Positions 45,200 through 58,210 of a stretch of DNA of 64,000 nucleotides are shown piece after piece; the stretch's first letter is position 1, and every line of letters begins with the position of its first letter. A program made the position numbers and the translations under genes. The notes beneath the pieces were generated by a model, which did no database searches, was not told the origin of the DNA, and saw only the letters and a list, made by a program, of their open reading frames with translations. Source of the DNA: Somniosus microcephalus. Lineage: Eukaryota. The DNA lies in contig CM126222.1 in assembly GCA_052327205.1 (NCBI GenBank), positions 47,554,001 to 47,618,000 of the forward strand. Reading direction: 5' to 3'.

Positions 45200-46690
45200 C
45201 TTTGATAAATTGCCAGGCCCACATGAAATGTATCCCAAGCTGTTGAGAAGCAAGGGAGGAAATAACTGAGGCTCTGGCCATTTTCCAATCCTCTGGCTGC
45301 AGGTGTGATGCTGGAGGGCTGCTAACATTTTACTGATGTTTAAAAAGGATAGACTGAGTAATTACAGGCCTGTCAGCTTAACCTTGGGTGGTGAGCAGAT
45401 TATTGGAAAAAATTCTGAGGGAATGTATTAATCTTTTAAAAAGTCACAATCGAGGGTCATCCGCATGCTTTTAAGGGAAGGTTGTGTCTCCTTTTTGAGA
45501 AGATAACGGAGGGTCCATGAGGGTATCTTGTTTGATGTAGTCTACTTGGATTTTAGCAAGGCTTTGACAAGGTCCCACATGGCAGGCTGGTGAGAGTACA
45601 AGCCCATGGGATCCAAGGGCAAGTGGTAAGTTGGATCCAAAATTGGCTCAGGCAAGAAGTAAAGGGTGATGGTTGGATGTTTTTGTGACTGGAAGGTTGT
45701 TTCCAGTGGGGTTCTGCAGGGCTCTGTACTAGTCCCTTGATTTTCATGGTGTATATAAACAATGATTTAGACTTCAATGTAGGGGGCATGATTAAGAAGC
45801 TTGCAGATGATACAATAATTGGCCGTGTGGTTGACGGTGAGTAAGAAAGATATAGACTGCAGGAAGATAATGAACTGGTCTGGTGGGCAGCAAAGTGGTA
45901 AATGGAATTCAATCTAGAGAAATTAGGTAATTTATTTGGGGAGGGTTAACCAAGCAAGGATACCCAATAAATAGTAGGATACTGAAGTGTAGAGGAACAG
46001 AGGGACCTTGGAGTGCATGGCCACAGATCCCTGAAGGTAGCAGGACAGGTAAATAAGGTGGTTAAGAAGGCATATGGGATTCTCCTTTTATTAGCCAAGG
46101 CATAGAATATAAGCAGGGAGGTTCTGCTTGAACTGCATAAAACATCAGTTGGGCTGCAGCTAGAATACTGCATACAGTTCTGGTCACTACATTACAGGAA
46201 AAATGTGATTGCACTAGAGAGGGTATGGAAGAGATTTATGAGGATGTTGCCAGGACTGGAGAATTTTAGCTGAAGAAAGATTGGATAGGCTGGGGTTTTC
46301 TTTGGAACAGAGGAGGCTGATTAGATTTAATTGAGGTGTATAAAATTGAGGGGCCTAAGATTGTGGATAGGAAGGACCTATTTCCCATGGCAGAGGGGTC
46401 AATAACCAGGGGACATAGATTTGAAGTAATTTGCAGAAGGATTAGGAGAGTTGAGGAAATATTTTGAGGTTGGTGGGGGTCTGGAACTCACTGCCTGCCG
46501 GTAGAGGCAGAAACCCTCATCGCATTTATATTTATATATATAAAAGAAAAAAAAAAAATTCCTGCATCCGTGTCAGTTATGGTATTTCAAGTGCATATCC
46601 AAGACCTGGCAAGTGGGATTGGGCTGGACAGCTCTTTTTTGGCCAGCACAGACACGATGGGCCAAATGGTGGCCTTCTGTGCCATCAACT
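45200..46690 (+). mobile_element. Degraded CR1 LINE, RT to 3' end
   Basis: NYRPVSLT, VYLDFSKAFDKVPHGRL, KLADDT, EQRDLGV, QFWSLHYRK and WNSLP remnants. Confidence 0.9.
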
Positions 46691-47449
46691 TCAATGATTC
46701 CAGTAGTTTGTCTCCAAGTGGGAAGCAGAAGGACATGCACCTCAATGTAGGTGAGGAAAAAGTGGCCTTGCCCATGTTTACCATGCCTGAAGAGTTTTAG
46801 GTTGACATTGTGGTTAATGGAACTTGAGCATGTTTACTTTCCCTTCAAAAAAGGCAATATGGCTAAAGATGAAGCTCATGAAATACTAACAGGAGTGACT
46901 TAAACAATTTATGGAGCAGTTAATTCTAAGCACCAAGTGGTGTGGCCATTTTGCTTCAGTTATCAGAATTTTTCCTTTCATTTGTTTCCTTTTTCTCTCG
47001 TCTGCCCTCCCTCACTCCCCTCCACTCACTCCCTCTTGTGCTCTTGCTTTATTTTTCTCATTATAAACCCCAAACAACTGAATGTAATTGTCACTCCAGC
47101 AAAAATGCTAGTTCTGTTTTCAAAGCATATATTTTAACAAAGCAAATTTGTTTGGTATACCTGCTGAATTATGATTTTTTTTTAAATCTTGCAGTACAAG
47201 CAAAAGTGCTGGTAGATTAAATTAGATATCTACTGCTTAAATAGAATGCAAATCTGATTACACAGCATAATGTAGAAATTGCTTTTTGCACCAGATCCTC
47301 CACCTGCCTATATAAATCATGCAAGATATGATCATTCCATGCACACAGATTAAGAGTGCTGAATAAGCAGTAGATATATAGTCTGCTGCATGGAGCCTCA
47401 GGTGATGTAGTTAATGGCAGTAGTTTTTCTTGCTCTCCAAGATCATTAT

Positions 47450-48480
47450 GGATGAGGAGGACTATTTAGCCCATCTTGGATCTTCCATGCAGGAAGATCC
47501 TAAAGTCAGGATTTTCACATTCAATTAAATTATTCCAAGATTTGTCACCTTCACTATTCATATCTGGAAGACTGTTTTGGTGACCAGAACTGGACACCCT
47601 ACGAAAGGTGTAACCTGACCAGAACATTAATGTTTTAGCACAACCTCCTCTGACTTGTACTCCCTTGTTCTAACATCGTATTTGCTTTATTGGTTGCTGT
47701 TCCACAATGGTTAGGCAGGTAGATTCAACACTTAACTAAAACCCTTAAATCTTTCAACTTCACTTGGTTATTTCAGCACCAGTAATGGAGTATAAATGTC
47801 CATTATGCATTTCTTTGCTTATGTGCACAACTTCAAGCTTGTCCATATTTGGTTCAATCTGCTATTGCTCTGTCCATGTACATGCCTAATTCAATTCATT
47901 TTGTAGTTTGAGAGTGGTGGCTTCAGAGCTAACTGCTCTTCCTAATTTAGTAGCGGCTGCAGATTTGACCAATTTGCATAAATTTTGGGTGGCTCGAGGC
48001 ATCCATATCGCCTAGCGCTCACCCTGACATAACATCCCTAACATATACATGAATGTCTGTTGTTCCAACCCTTCTCGATGGTTCAAGGATGGAAAGCATT
48101 CTCCAGTTTTACCCCCCACCATTTCTCAGCTTATCCAATAGCTTTTCATGTGGAATTAAGTCAAGTGCTAGGTAAATAACATTAAGACATTCCACAATGT
48201 ACTTGGAATGACACTTTCACCAAAAAACCCTCAGTTTGTTGGGCAAGATCTTCCCTTCAGAATCTGTTAGCTGTCTGCTGAATTGTCCTAAAAGTAATTT
48301 GAGTTTATTCCTGATTAATCCCAGAATTGAACTAAGGTGAAGTGGTCCATAGTTGCTTGTATCTGCTTTGTTGTCCCTCTTGTGTGTACCACATTAGCCT
48401 GTTGGCAATCCACTGATGTTTCCCTGGTATTTGATTCCCTTAATGTGCATAGATCTCCTCCCTTGTCTCACCCAGTACTC
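47450..48480 (-). mobile_element. Ancient CR1 fragment
   Basis: GAGGAGGACTATTTAGCCCATC is 3'UTR-like. GACCAGAACTGGACAC is the reverse complement of VQFWS. CCTAATTTAGTAGCGGCTGCAGATTT is the reverse complement of a KFADDTKLG-like segment. Confidence 0.6.
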
Positions 48481-51400
48481 AAGGATAAATGCATTTATTG
48501 TTGTAGATTTTTGACTAGCTTTTTAAATCTTGATTAGAACTTTCTCTCAGTTCTCAATTCTACTTGCTGTAATTTTAAGGAGATTATGTTGCTTTTATTT
48601 TCCTTAATGAATGTTTGGAAGTAGTATACTTGGGAACAAGCAAGTTTTTTTGACCTCATTTGCATCATTTATAGCTCTGGCCTCTTACTGTTTTGACTTG
48701 TATCAACAGCTATGCTGTTTTTTCAAACCCCTCTTTGCAGGTCTGGCTACCCTTTTATAATATTTCTGAATGTTCTCCATTTCAGTGAATCCTTTCACTT
48801 GTTTCTCAATTTGTTGAGTCACTACTACTTCACAATTTTGCTTATGATTTTAATTTGTTAACCCAATTGTGATCACTTTTATTCTGTGCTTGCTGATCCT
48901 AGGTACATATTTAGCCAGCCTGTTCAGCATTACACCTTTTAAAGGAGTTCCACTAGTCTGAAATGGACTGTTAAACAACCCCCTTGGGCCACTTGCTTAA
49001 GCTGTTCTCTCAACTTTCAAGTTAACTTTTTTTTGAAATTATCTACTTGGCTCTTGGAATTTGATGGATCTATAATTCAAATACCATTATTCTGTGGTTG
49101 CTATTTCACAACAATGCCATACCTTCCATTTCTTTTATTTTGTCTCACTTATCAAGTCAAGATGTGGCCTGCCCCTTGTGGTTTTACTGATGGTGAATTA
49201 TCAAGCAGTCATGCATTAGATTTACCAACACAGAATCTGAACCATTTGGGTATTTCCAGTTTAGATCTTAAAATGCTGGTAGAACACCTTGCTAAAAAGA
49301 TCTGCTATAGAAATTGGGGGGCCAATGCAAAGTCTGGCATCAACCAGCTATTTTAATGTTGACTGGTGAGGCCCAAGAGCTGCACTGCCTGAAGCCTCAT
49401 TCTGAATAAATTTTGGGCAAAGTATAGGGAAACCCCAGAACCCAATTGTGTGTTTTTCTTCCCTTTTTTAGAAAGCCCATAGCTTCACTATCTTCAGGAA
49501 CAGAAGTTAATTTGACAAAATAGCAGTTATTCACCAGAGTACTTGGCTTTATTTGCACCAACAAAGCTACAGTTTGGCATTCAGAAATGTCCAAGACTGA
49601 TGTGCACACTGTCTCACACTAATGTTATCCTGTTCTGATATTTGGCATTAATGTGAACACTTGGGTGCCAGCGCAGTACCCCATTTATTGTTAGCATCGG
49701 GTGTAAAGTGAGATTTTAAGCAATGCCACCTATGGTTTTGCAAACAGCAGTACAAACTAGGCCTGCCATCATTTGCTGGGAGGGTGGTTTTATTTGTCCA
49801 AAATGGAGCAGGATCCCACTGGAAAAATCAGGAGTAAAAGAAAATTGGAGAGGAGAGAACCTTTCTGTTCTGTTAGTGTAAATTTTGCCACATTTTCCAA
49901 AGAGCTTACTATTTCTGTACTCTGGAAACTAGAGTTTCCATTATCTATTTTAGCTTGGCAAATACATTAGTTGTTAAATGAATACTGTTGTACAGCCTTT
50001 CTGCTACTGTCCTGACACTGGCACAATACAGCAATTGTGCAATGAGAACGATGACTGGAATGAGCTTCAGTCTCGTGCTTTGGGATTTGCCTGCATTCAT
50101 TAAGAACCATTAACGGTCCTGTTTTCAATTTTTTTGAAAGATTACCAGACCTCAGTTGACACCTAAAAGGCAATGAAGTGATTTTAAAAATGGACAAAAA
50201 TAGCATCTGACTAAGGCATTCTCAAGTTAAAACTGAAAACATTCTGGTTCTTGTGTGGAACTTTTTTTTTGTATTGGGTTCAATAATTAATTATTTCAGA
50301 TACTGTTTAAAGTGAACTATCCAAATAAATTGAATTTAATGCTGCAGTGCAGATTTTAGACTATCTTATGTCAACACTCCCATGATTCCAACAAAACAGT
50401 TTATTTTGGATGGTCACTGTTGGCAAGCAGATATCTTGACTGCATCTGGCTATCAGATTGTAAAACTTTGGACAGTGAACTGACAGGTTGAGAATCATGA
50501 CCTAATTAAGAGCAAGGTCTAGACATTCCAGCAGTGGAACTTCTGCCTGTCAGTCTGGCCTTGCTATGATCCCATCCCAAGAAAGATCATTAAGTATTGG
50601 GGTGGTGCTTGTGTATGCTCACCCATCAAGCAGACAGGATTTAGGAGCAGCCAAAGATCTGCAGGCCTTGCGTTTTCTTTCTAGATGCTCCATAAACAGT
50701 ATTCAATCTCTCTGGGATCAACTGTCATTTCAATAAGGAATTGTATGTGACCACCTATGGCCTACTTTCTGCTGCTCATACAGGAGGTGAAATGTCCAGG
50801 GGAGCCTGGGATCTCTTGACATGCCCCCAAAAGTGACATCCGGATGGAGGCGAGAGATGGGCAGAAGTGCTAAACCCCTGTCAGAATTTCTCTTCATTAG
50901 CCATTATCCCAGTTCCAATAATCTCTTGCAAGGAAATCCTAATCTCAAACCTTGGGCTCAAACACTTTCCTGAATTTGACAATTCTTTCATGAATTTACT
51001 CAAAGCTGCATTCAACAAATTTGACATGCAAGAAATTTGACAATCACTGCTTTTGTTGCTGCTTTGAAATGTCAGTGTTGCCAGATTTTCTCTTTTTTTA
51101 AAAAAAAAGGGACAAGCCAGTGTAACTCTGAAATGACCTAACTGTGTTCATAAATCAGGTCAAATTCTGTTGGGTCACTTCAGATGACTAATTTGGCTTT
51201 ATGCAGATCTATATTTGTATTTGCTGGCTGGTTTTACAAGCTGAACAATTGTGAATAATGACCTTTTTTACAAGTTTGAAAACCGTATCAAACATGGGGT
51301 TATCTAGCCTGAACTAGTATCAATTCTGTCTTCTCGCATCGCAGTTCTAATGCCAGCAAAATCGACTATCCTCTCGCTGCCTTGTCAGCTGCTTGCAGAT

Positions 51401-53211
51401 TTAAAAAAAAAGTTTTGTGGCTCTACATGACGTTAGAAATACTTTGCAGTCCAAAGACCAGGATTTTAAAATGTGTAGAAGTGACATTCAAAGCAACCTA
51501 ATGTTGAGTAACTTGAAGAGCAGCCAAGGTCAAATATGAGGCCTCTGCTTGGAATAAACAAATAGTCTGTTTAGGGAATATGCTGTTTATTCCTTAAGAT
51601 ATGAAGGAAATCTCTTGTATAATTATTTATTACTTGGGTGGATCAAGTTGCTAATTATTTGGGATGGGATCACTTTGAAACTGCTGCCTTTGAGCATTTT
51701 ACTAGCTTTGGCTTAGCCTGATCATTCCTCTGCAGATTAGGTGTGTGTTTAAAAGCCCTGATGGTTTTTTTTTTTTTTTTTTAATAAGTGGCATTTGTTG
51801 AAGTAGCAACAGAACTTAATTCACTAATTGAACAAGTTGCTTCGTATAATTTAACTGCAGTTGTGCGCATTTAAAATGAAGATTGAAAACTCTTTCTAAA
51901 TGAGACTTTTTATTTGGGAGTCGCTTGGTCAGGCCCTGTTGGAATTTCAAATAACTTTACCTCTGGAGTCCTACATCAGTCATTCCAACCCATAAACATT
52001 TTGCTTCAGTCAGCTTGGGATTTACAAACCTTTAATGTTTCACTTTTTTTTGCATTTCTGGGTACAGAAACCAACTAGTAAAACATGATATTTGAATACT
52101 ATAAAAATACAACTCTGCTTATACTTTCTCATCCAGATTAATAGGCACCCTGACTATATTTGTGGCATCATGCTACTTAATTTGACATCCTTATGCTTTT
52201 AATAAGGAACCGTTCCCCTATTTCAGTGTATTGCATGTTTTCCAAACACCTTGTATCTTGACTCATTATAATATTTCTAAAGCATGAGGATTTTTCTCTC
52301 AAATATATATTGTTGCTTTCCCTAGAGAGTACATTTTCATTTGTATTTTCTCCCTTCTCTTGGTTTCTCCCCCCCCCCCCCCCCCCCCCCCTCTTTATCA
52401 TGCACTATTTCCCACTCAACCTGCTTCCAAGCCTTTGCTTATGCTGGTCTTTAGGCAGCTGTTAGCAAGTAAGCGAGAGTGCTCCCGACCACATGTCTGT
52501 CTTTTCACTCTTGACGCATCACCTAAGATTGCCCACATGCTTTATGTATCGACCAAGCTTCAATACTAGTGTGTGGCATGCAGGTGGTAGCTCTACTGGG
52601 TGGAAGTTGGCCTTGAGAAGGATGATGGGCAAATCGTAGCTGCCATTTAAATTTGCACTTGACCTCCCTCAGGAGGTGATTTAGCCATTTCTGAGCTAGG
52701 CTACTAGATGGGTGGCTTTAAAGTCTGACCGATGGGCAAACTGGCAGGGCAAATGTGTAACTTTTGGCAAGTACTTGTGGAGAAGGCACATGCTATGGAG
52801 AAAACTGACCCAGACTAATGATTCTCTCTAGCAAGGTTTGTGGAGATGAAAATAGGGTGAAGTTTTGGAGGAATAGAATAGTTAAGTGTGTGACAGTATG
52901 AATGTTAAAATGTGGTTTCATGTGACCGTGACACTTGTGGCTTCGGTTTGATGACCTCACTGGATTCAGCAATCGGTTTGGCAAGTTCTTGTGCAGTCTA
53001 TGGACCATTCCAGTTAACCTGGTGTCTGCTAATCCTTCTGTACCAGACTTGACAGGCCAACTCATTGATTCTGTCATTGTGAAATATATTTGATCTGTTG
53101 CTCTTGATGGCTAAGCTGAAATCTGAGCTTCATTTCTGTGGAGATAAAGTCCTGTCCTACCGCTGCAATCATAATTCTCATTTTTAAATGGACTGACGTG
53201 TAGGATATGGA

Positions 53212-53318
53212 CTAAGGGTTCGACCTGAAACATTGGCTCTGTTTCTCTCTCCTCGATGCTGCCTGACCTGAGTTTCCAGCACTTTGTTTCAGATTTCCAG
53301 CATCCGCAGTATTTTGCT
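53212..53318 (+). mobile_element. Penelope-like terminal fragment (3' half of hammerhead motif)
   Basis: CGACCTGAAACATT...GATGCTGCCTGACCTGAGTTTCCAGCA...TTCAGATTTCCAGCATCCGCAGTATTTTGC is the reverse complement of the left arm at 8021-8130. Confidence 0.75.
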
Positions 53319-54156
53319 ATTGTCTTGTAGGATAGTTTGGCATTGGTTGGGTTAAGGATTAAGCTGTCAAACATTCTGGATCAAGCACCTTCTTTGATGT
53401 TTGGTTAGTTACTATGGAGTCAAGGTTCTTAAGATGCAGAAACAATGAAGTAAGCCGAATTGGCTCAGTTTGAAGGTTTAAGTATGTGTAAATGTTGCTG
53501 ACGGGTCCAGACATCCTGTAATGTAGTTGGTATGCACTGGTGAGTGGCATTTTACCTAGTTTAAGGCTGTATCTTGTGTTAAGTGGTTAGGTTATGTTAA
53601 ACCTATGAGATAACTTGGTTTCCTATTGGCACTTTTGCAGTTTTGGTCAATTTCATGCAACTTCCTAAATAGGTTCTGATTTGGACTGAAATGGAATTCC
53701 CATACTGACTAGCAAGTCAGGACAATAATATGGACATTATTCAACTGCTTCTGTTCGGGTGACTGTTATACTGACAATAAAAAGCATTTGTCAGACTGAA
53801 CAGCTATTGGTTGTGATTTAGGCCCTGATTTTTAACTCTGGACAGGTTTTGGGCAAGACTTTTTAAGGAGAAAAATATTGGTTTCTCATTGAGGGCTGGA
53901 GTTTGAGCCCCAGTCGCTGCTGTCATTTGATTTTTTGGTATCTAAATGAGTTCTTATGCTGGTGTTTCTTCTGGCAGCCCTATCTGGGCCCATATATCCT
54001 ACTGCTGCCATCGGTGGTATTCCAGGAACATTTTACCCTCTCTGTGCTTATGGCATGTCTGTGGTACACCATGTGCTGTACTTGGTGACTGGACAATACT
54101 CTGAGCTGGCTTAAAAAAAAAAAAAATTTAAAAATCTGTAATCTGACTGTTGTAGG

Positions 54157-54200
54157 CATCTTCACCTTTCTGTGTTTCATCTTCACCTTTCTGTGTTTCA
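54157..54200. repeat. Perfect 21-bp tandem duplication (CATCTTCACCTTTCTGTGTTT)x2
   Basis: Read directly from the sequence. Confidence 0.95.
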
Positions 54201-54655
54201 GTGAAGTTCAATATAACCTAGAAATTAATGTTGCTGATCTCAGCAGACAAGCACTTGGCGCCTTCATAGAATGTGTTTCTGCCCAGATTTTTACTGGAGG
54301 TGTTGATCTCCACTGAATCTCGGGCAGTGGAATGTGACACACACATTCCGCATCTGCCTGCTGATATCGCCACCAATAACTTCTTGATCTAAACAGTATA
54401 ACAGCAATTAAATGTTACAATATCATGTGTTGAGCATAAGGCTCCTGTGTTGCTGTGAAAACATTTCAGTCTTGCATTTATTCACCAGTGTCATTTTGTA
54501 CACTACTTCATTGATTTTTAAAATGTATTGCATGTATATTTTTGTTTGACCATGAGTAAAATGCCTATCTGTTTTTGTTACAATATTTAACATTGCTGTG
54601 CTTTTTTTTTTTGGGATGAGCTTTGCAAACCTTTTTTCCTGACCTTTCATTGCAG

Positions 54656-54689
54656 GGTTGAGTTAACCCCTGACTTCACCTCCGTGTAG
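54656..54689 (+). CDS. MXRA7: MXRA7 alternative terminal exon ((R)VELTPDFTSV-stop)
   Basis: Acceptor CCTGACCTTTCATTGCAG, phase 2. The peptide matches the recalled short-isoform C-terminus of human MXRA7 (RIELTSDLTSL). Confidence 0.8.
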
Positions 54690-54824
54690 GTTCTAGGCCT
54701 GATGACACTATTTCTGTAACAATGTATTGGTAAGGTTCTTTTATTTTTAGTATGCCCCATGCATGTCAGTCTGTCACATCATAACACTACCTGCGTCTTG
54801 TTCTTTTTGAAGTATTGCCTGCCT

Positions 54825-54830
54825 AATAAA
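54825..54830 (+). promoter_or_regulatory. AATAAA polyadenylation signal candidate for the terminal exon
   Basis: First AATAAA, about 135 nt after the TAG at 54687-54689. Confidence 0.4.
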
Positions 54831-55929
54831 TTAACCACTTTTGTCAGAACCTGCTGCAAGCCTATATTAACTGGTTACTTCTAAACTGGACAAGCTGGGG
54901 TGAAGCCACAGTACAAATTTTGTAAAATGGCACCAATCGATTATTTAAACCAGGATTCAACTAATGCACTTGACCATTTAATACAGGCTTCATAAAGTCA
55001 CATCCAGTGTGATAGTACACATGTTTAATGGGCTGTAAATTCCACATCAGTACAGCTTAGCTAAGTGAAGTATAATTGACTGACTGACTGATACAAACAC
55101 AGGGCTTGTACTAATGGTAGTGATGGTGTCCTTTCTCCCCCCCCCCCCAAACCTGCCTGACCTTGTCTCTCCCCTCCCTCCCTTCCCCCCCCCCCCCCCA
55201 AAATTATCGGTATGTTCCAGTACAGTAGTGTTCTTGTCCTATAATTACCATAGATTAATCTTTATGAATTATTACAAAGACCCAGATGTGGTAATTTCCT
55301 GGAAAGGGGCAATTTCTTAACGCTATCAATTTTTTTTTACTGCAATCTGTATCCTTCCTCTGCTTTCTTCACCACCCCCCCCCCCCCCCCCCACCCACCC
55401 AAAGACACTTTGCCCATGCATGTACCCATTCACAAATTGGGTTTGAAAGTGACATGTTCCCTAGTCGTTGTCCTCCACTGCAATCTCATTTTGGTTACAG
55501 TTGCATGAGTGTCACTGGTAAATTTGCTAATGTGTTTTTTACTTATTTTTTGACTTGCTGCCTACAAATTGAACTGGTGTTAATGTAAGGATGTTTCAGG
55601 GATGCATGAAAATGACTGCAGTGACATTTTTTGTGCTGCCTTTGGCTCCTTGTGATGCCATAAATGAAGGCAAAGGTAATTCTGAATATAAACTTGTTGT
55701 CTGCCACTCTAGCCCAATCATCAGGAGTCAGAATTGATAATGATGGGATATTTTGTGCTACACAAGCTTGGCTCATTATTACAAGTGCAATCTGTCTTCC
55801 CTGACTGCTGCTGGACTGATTGAAAGCATCCAAATTGGAGGTGGAGTGGTAGTGAGGAACATTGGTATAAATGAAGTGGATGTCCAAGTTATTGGTGTTT
55901 CCTTTTGTTAACGGAGGGCAAGAAAGCAC

Positions 55930-56290
55930 CTACAACTTTTATTTACATAACATAAAATGTCCCAAGGCACTTTGGGAGTGTTATAAACAAAATTTGACAA
56001 CGAGCCACGTAAGATGTTGGGCAGATGACTCGAAGCTTGGTCAGAGGTCGGTTTTAAGGAGAATCTTAAAGGAGGAAAGAGGGGTAGAGTTTTAGCAAAA
56101 GAATTTCAGAGCTTGGGGCCTTGCCACTGAAGGCATAGCCACCAATGGTGAAGCAATTAAAATCGGATGTGCACGAGGTCAGAATTGGAAGAGCGCCGAT
56201 GTGTGTTGTAGGGCTGGAGGAGGTTAGAGTTGGGAGGGCTGAAGCCATTAAGGGATTTGAAAACCAGGATTAGAATTTTTAAATCGGGGG
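55930..56290 (-). mobile_element. L2 LINE 3' fragment
   Basis: AAAATGTCCCAAGGCACTT, AAGCTTGGTCAGAGGTCGGTTTTAAGGAG and CTGAAGGCATAGCCACCAATGGTG. Homologous to 29248-29590. Confidence 0.8.
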
Positions 56291-58019
56291 GGCAAGAATA
56301 ATTGGTGCAACATTAGGGTTTAACATTTCTTCTGATCTCCTTGGACAATATACCTGCTTGTTGATACCAAAGGAGGACTCCAAGTTGTGCAGTGTTGTGC
56401 TACTTGTCCAGAACAATTTATTTTATACCTATGGAGATAGCTTGTGGTGTACAAGCAATCTTTATACATCACTTTTAGCCATATATGGTGTTGGAGTTTC
56501 ACTGCAAATCATGCACAGCTGCTTACAGCCATTAAAGGTGGCTGCCACTCAACGTGCTGAGCAATAGCATTTACTGATGCAGAAGCTATGGCATTCAGTA
56601 GCATGTGAACGTGCTGCGTCCCAACTGGTTGGTTGTAACCCCATTATGCAGTCACTCATTTTGGGACATCTCTATAAATCTTTTTGTGCAATTCAGCATG
56701 CAATTGCCTTTCTGTAGTTATATTTCAAAACAGATTAAAATCTACTTGTGTCCAATGCCCCCTCTAACCTGGTTTCTGTCTCATATGGTTTGCTGTCAAG
56801 GTCCTGTTGCTGCTTACGATAGTGTTTTTTTTGTTGAAAAGATCTATTAACCTTTGGTAAGGGACTTCCTCCCTCATGAAAAAGCATTAATTCTCAAGCA
56901 CATTAATCTGTGAAAATATTTAATTTACTATGGACCAGATGGGAGAAATGAACTAAGACTTTAATCTCTTATTCACTGACTGCTTATAACGTGTATTTCA
57001 TTTTGATGCAGAAATGTAACTGCAGCCTCAGTAAGTTTGAAATGTTTGTAAATGAGCCTGTGCTTTTTGCTGTGAAATTGTGGTGTTTGTGCTTCTTGCA
57101 CAATGCATCATGTGATGGATGGTGTGTAGAATATTCCCAGGTACATGTGCTGTATGATCGAGCCCCTTTGGGATTGGCTATAAACACTTGCAATCCAAGA
57201 TGCACTGCATGACTGAGGCCGTGCAAGATAATGTTGATGAACTATGCAGAATCAAATGATATGTATGCTTCTAACTGATATGTGCTTGCAAGTAGAGGAT
57301 GAAGTGGACAATTGAAGCTTATCAATATATTGTACATTTCCTTGGTTTTCATAAGTGTTTTATTTAAACGAAGCCTCTCCAGGACCCTGGTCACATTTTA
57401 AAAATCTCATCTCCAACATATTTATTTCCTGATCAGAAAACTACACACAGGGATTGAAAGGGGCCAGGGTTCAAGACCTCAGCTGACAGATGACTTGGGA
57501 TAATGGGAAGGATTTGGAAGTACTCTTACAATTGGTCCCTGTGCAAATGCCAGCTCAAAATAATATACCACACCCCTCTGGGGATGACTGATCGAGTGAC
57601 TCTGGTTTTACAACCACTCTAATTCTAGTTTTGCTCCTGCATTGAAGGCTTTTGGGCAGCAGTCTGGAGGCCACAATGCATGTTGGGGACTCCTGGTCCC
57701 TGCAGGTCTATTGGGCATGCCCACTGATGGAGCTCCCCTGCAGTGCAAAGGCTGGCACAAGATTTGTTCCACCACTGGTGAAGTGCAACCCTTTCCAGGA
57801 GGAACATGCATGGAATATCTTTGGGGCAAATGCCAGGCAGAAGACAACTTGGCCTGGAAAGGAGGAGGCACCAGGCAATCTGGAGCCCATTCCTGGAAGA
57901 GCCCATTCCTGGAAGCCCACAAGACCGGCACCCACCTTGCAGCAGCAATAACTACAAATGACTTTTTTAGTGTCTCCAATGTAGAATTTTTTTTGCAGAA
58001 GTGTAATCAAATAATTGAT

Positions 58020-58210
58020 AAGCTAAAGGAAATATTGGGAGTGGTGACCAAAAGCCTAGTCAAGAGTGGGTTTGGCCTTGGAAAGGATGGGAGGGAGGTG
58101 GAGCAGTTTAGTGAAGGAACTTCCAGATTATGGGGGCTTATGTGGCTGGAAACATGACTGCTAATGGTGAAGCCAATGGAGGCGGGAGATGCACGAGGCC
58201 AGAGTCAGTG
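58020..58210 (-). mobile_element. L2 LINE fragment
   Basis: GTGACCAAAAGCCTAGTCAAG and GATGCACGAGGCCAGAGTCAG, as in the other L2 copies. Confidence 0.65.

Noticed and set aside
54157-54230. Potential splice acceptor at the end of the 21-bp duplication (TTTCAG at 54196-54201)
   Set aside because: No MXRA7-like peptide follows, and no supporting donor was identified.
57608-58157. Overlapping ORFs of 99-171 aa on both strands
   Set aside because: No recognisable domain. The region is a moderately GC-rich decayed repeat with a 16-bp tandem duplication and runs into an L2 fragment.
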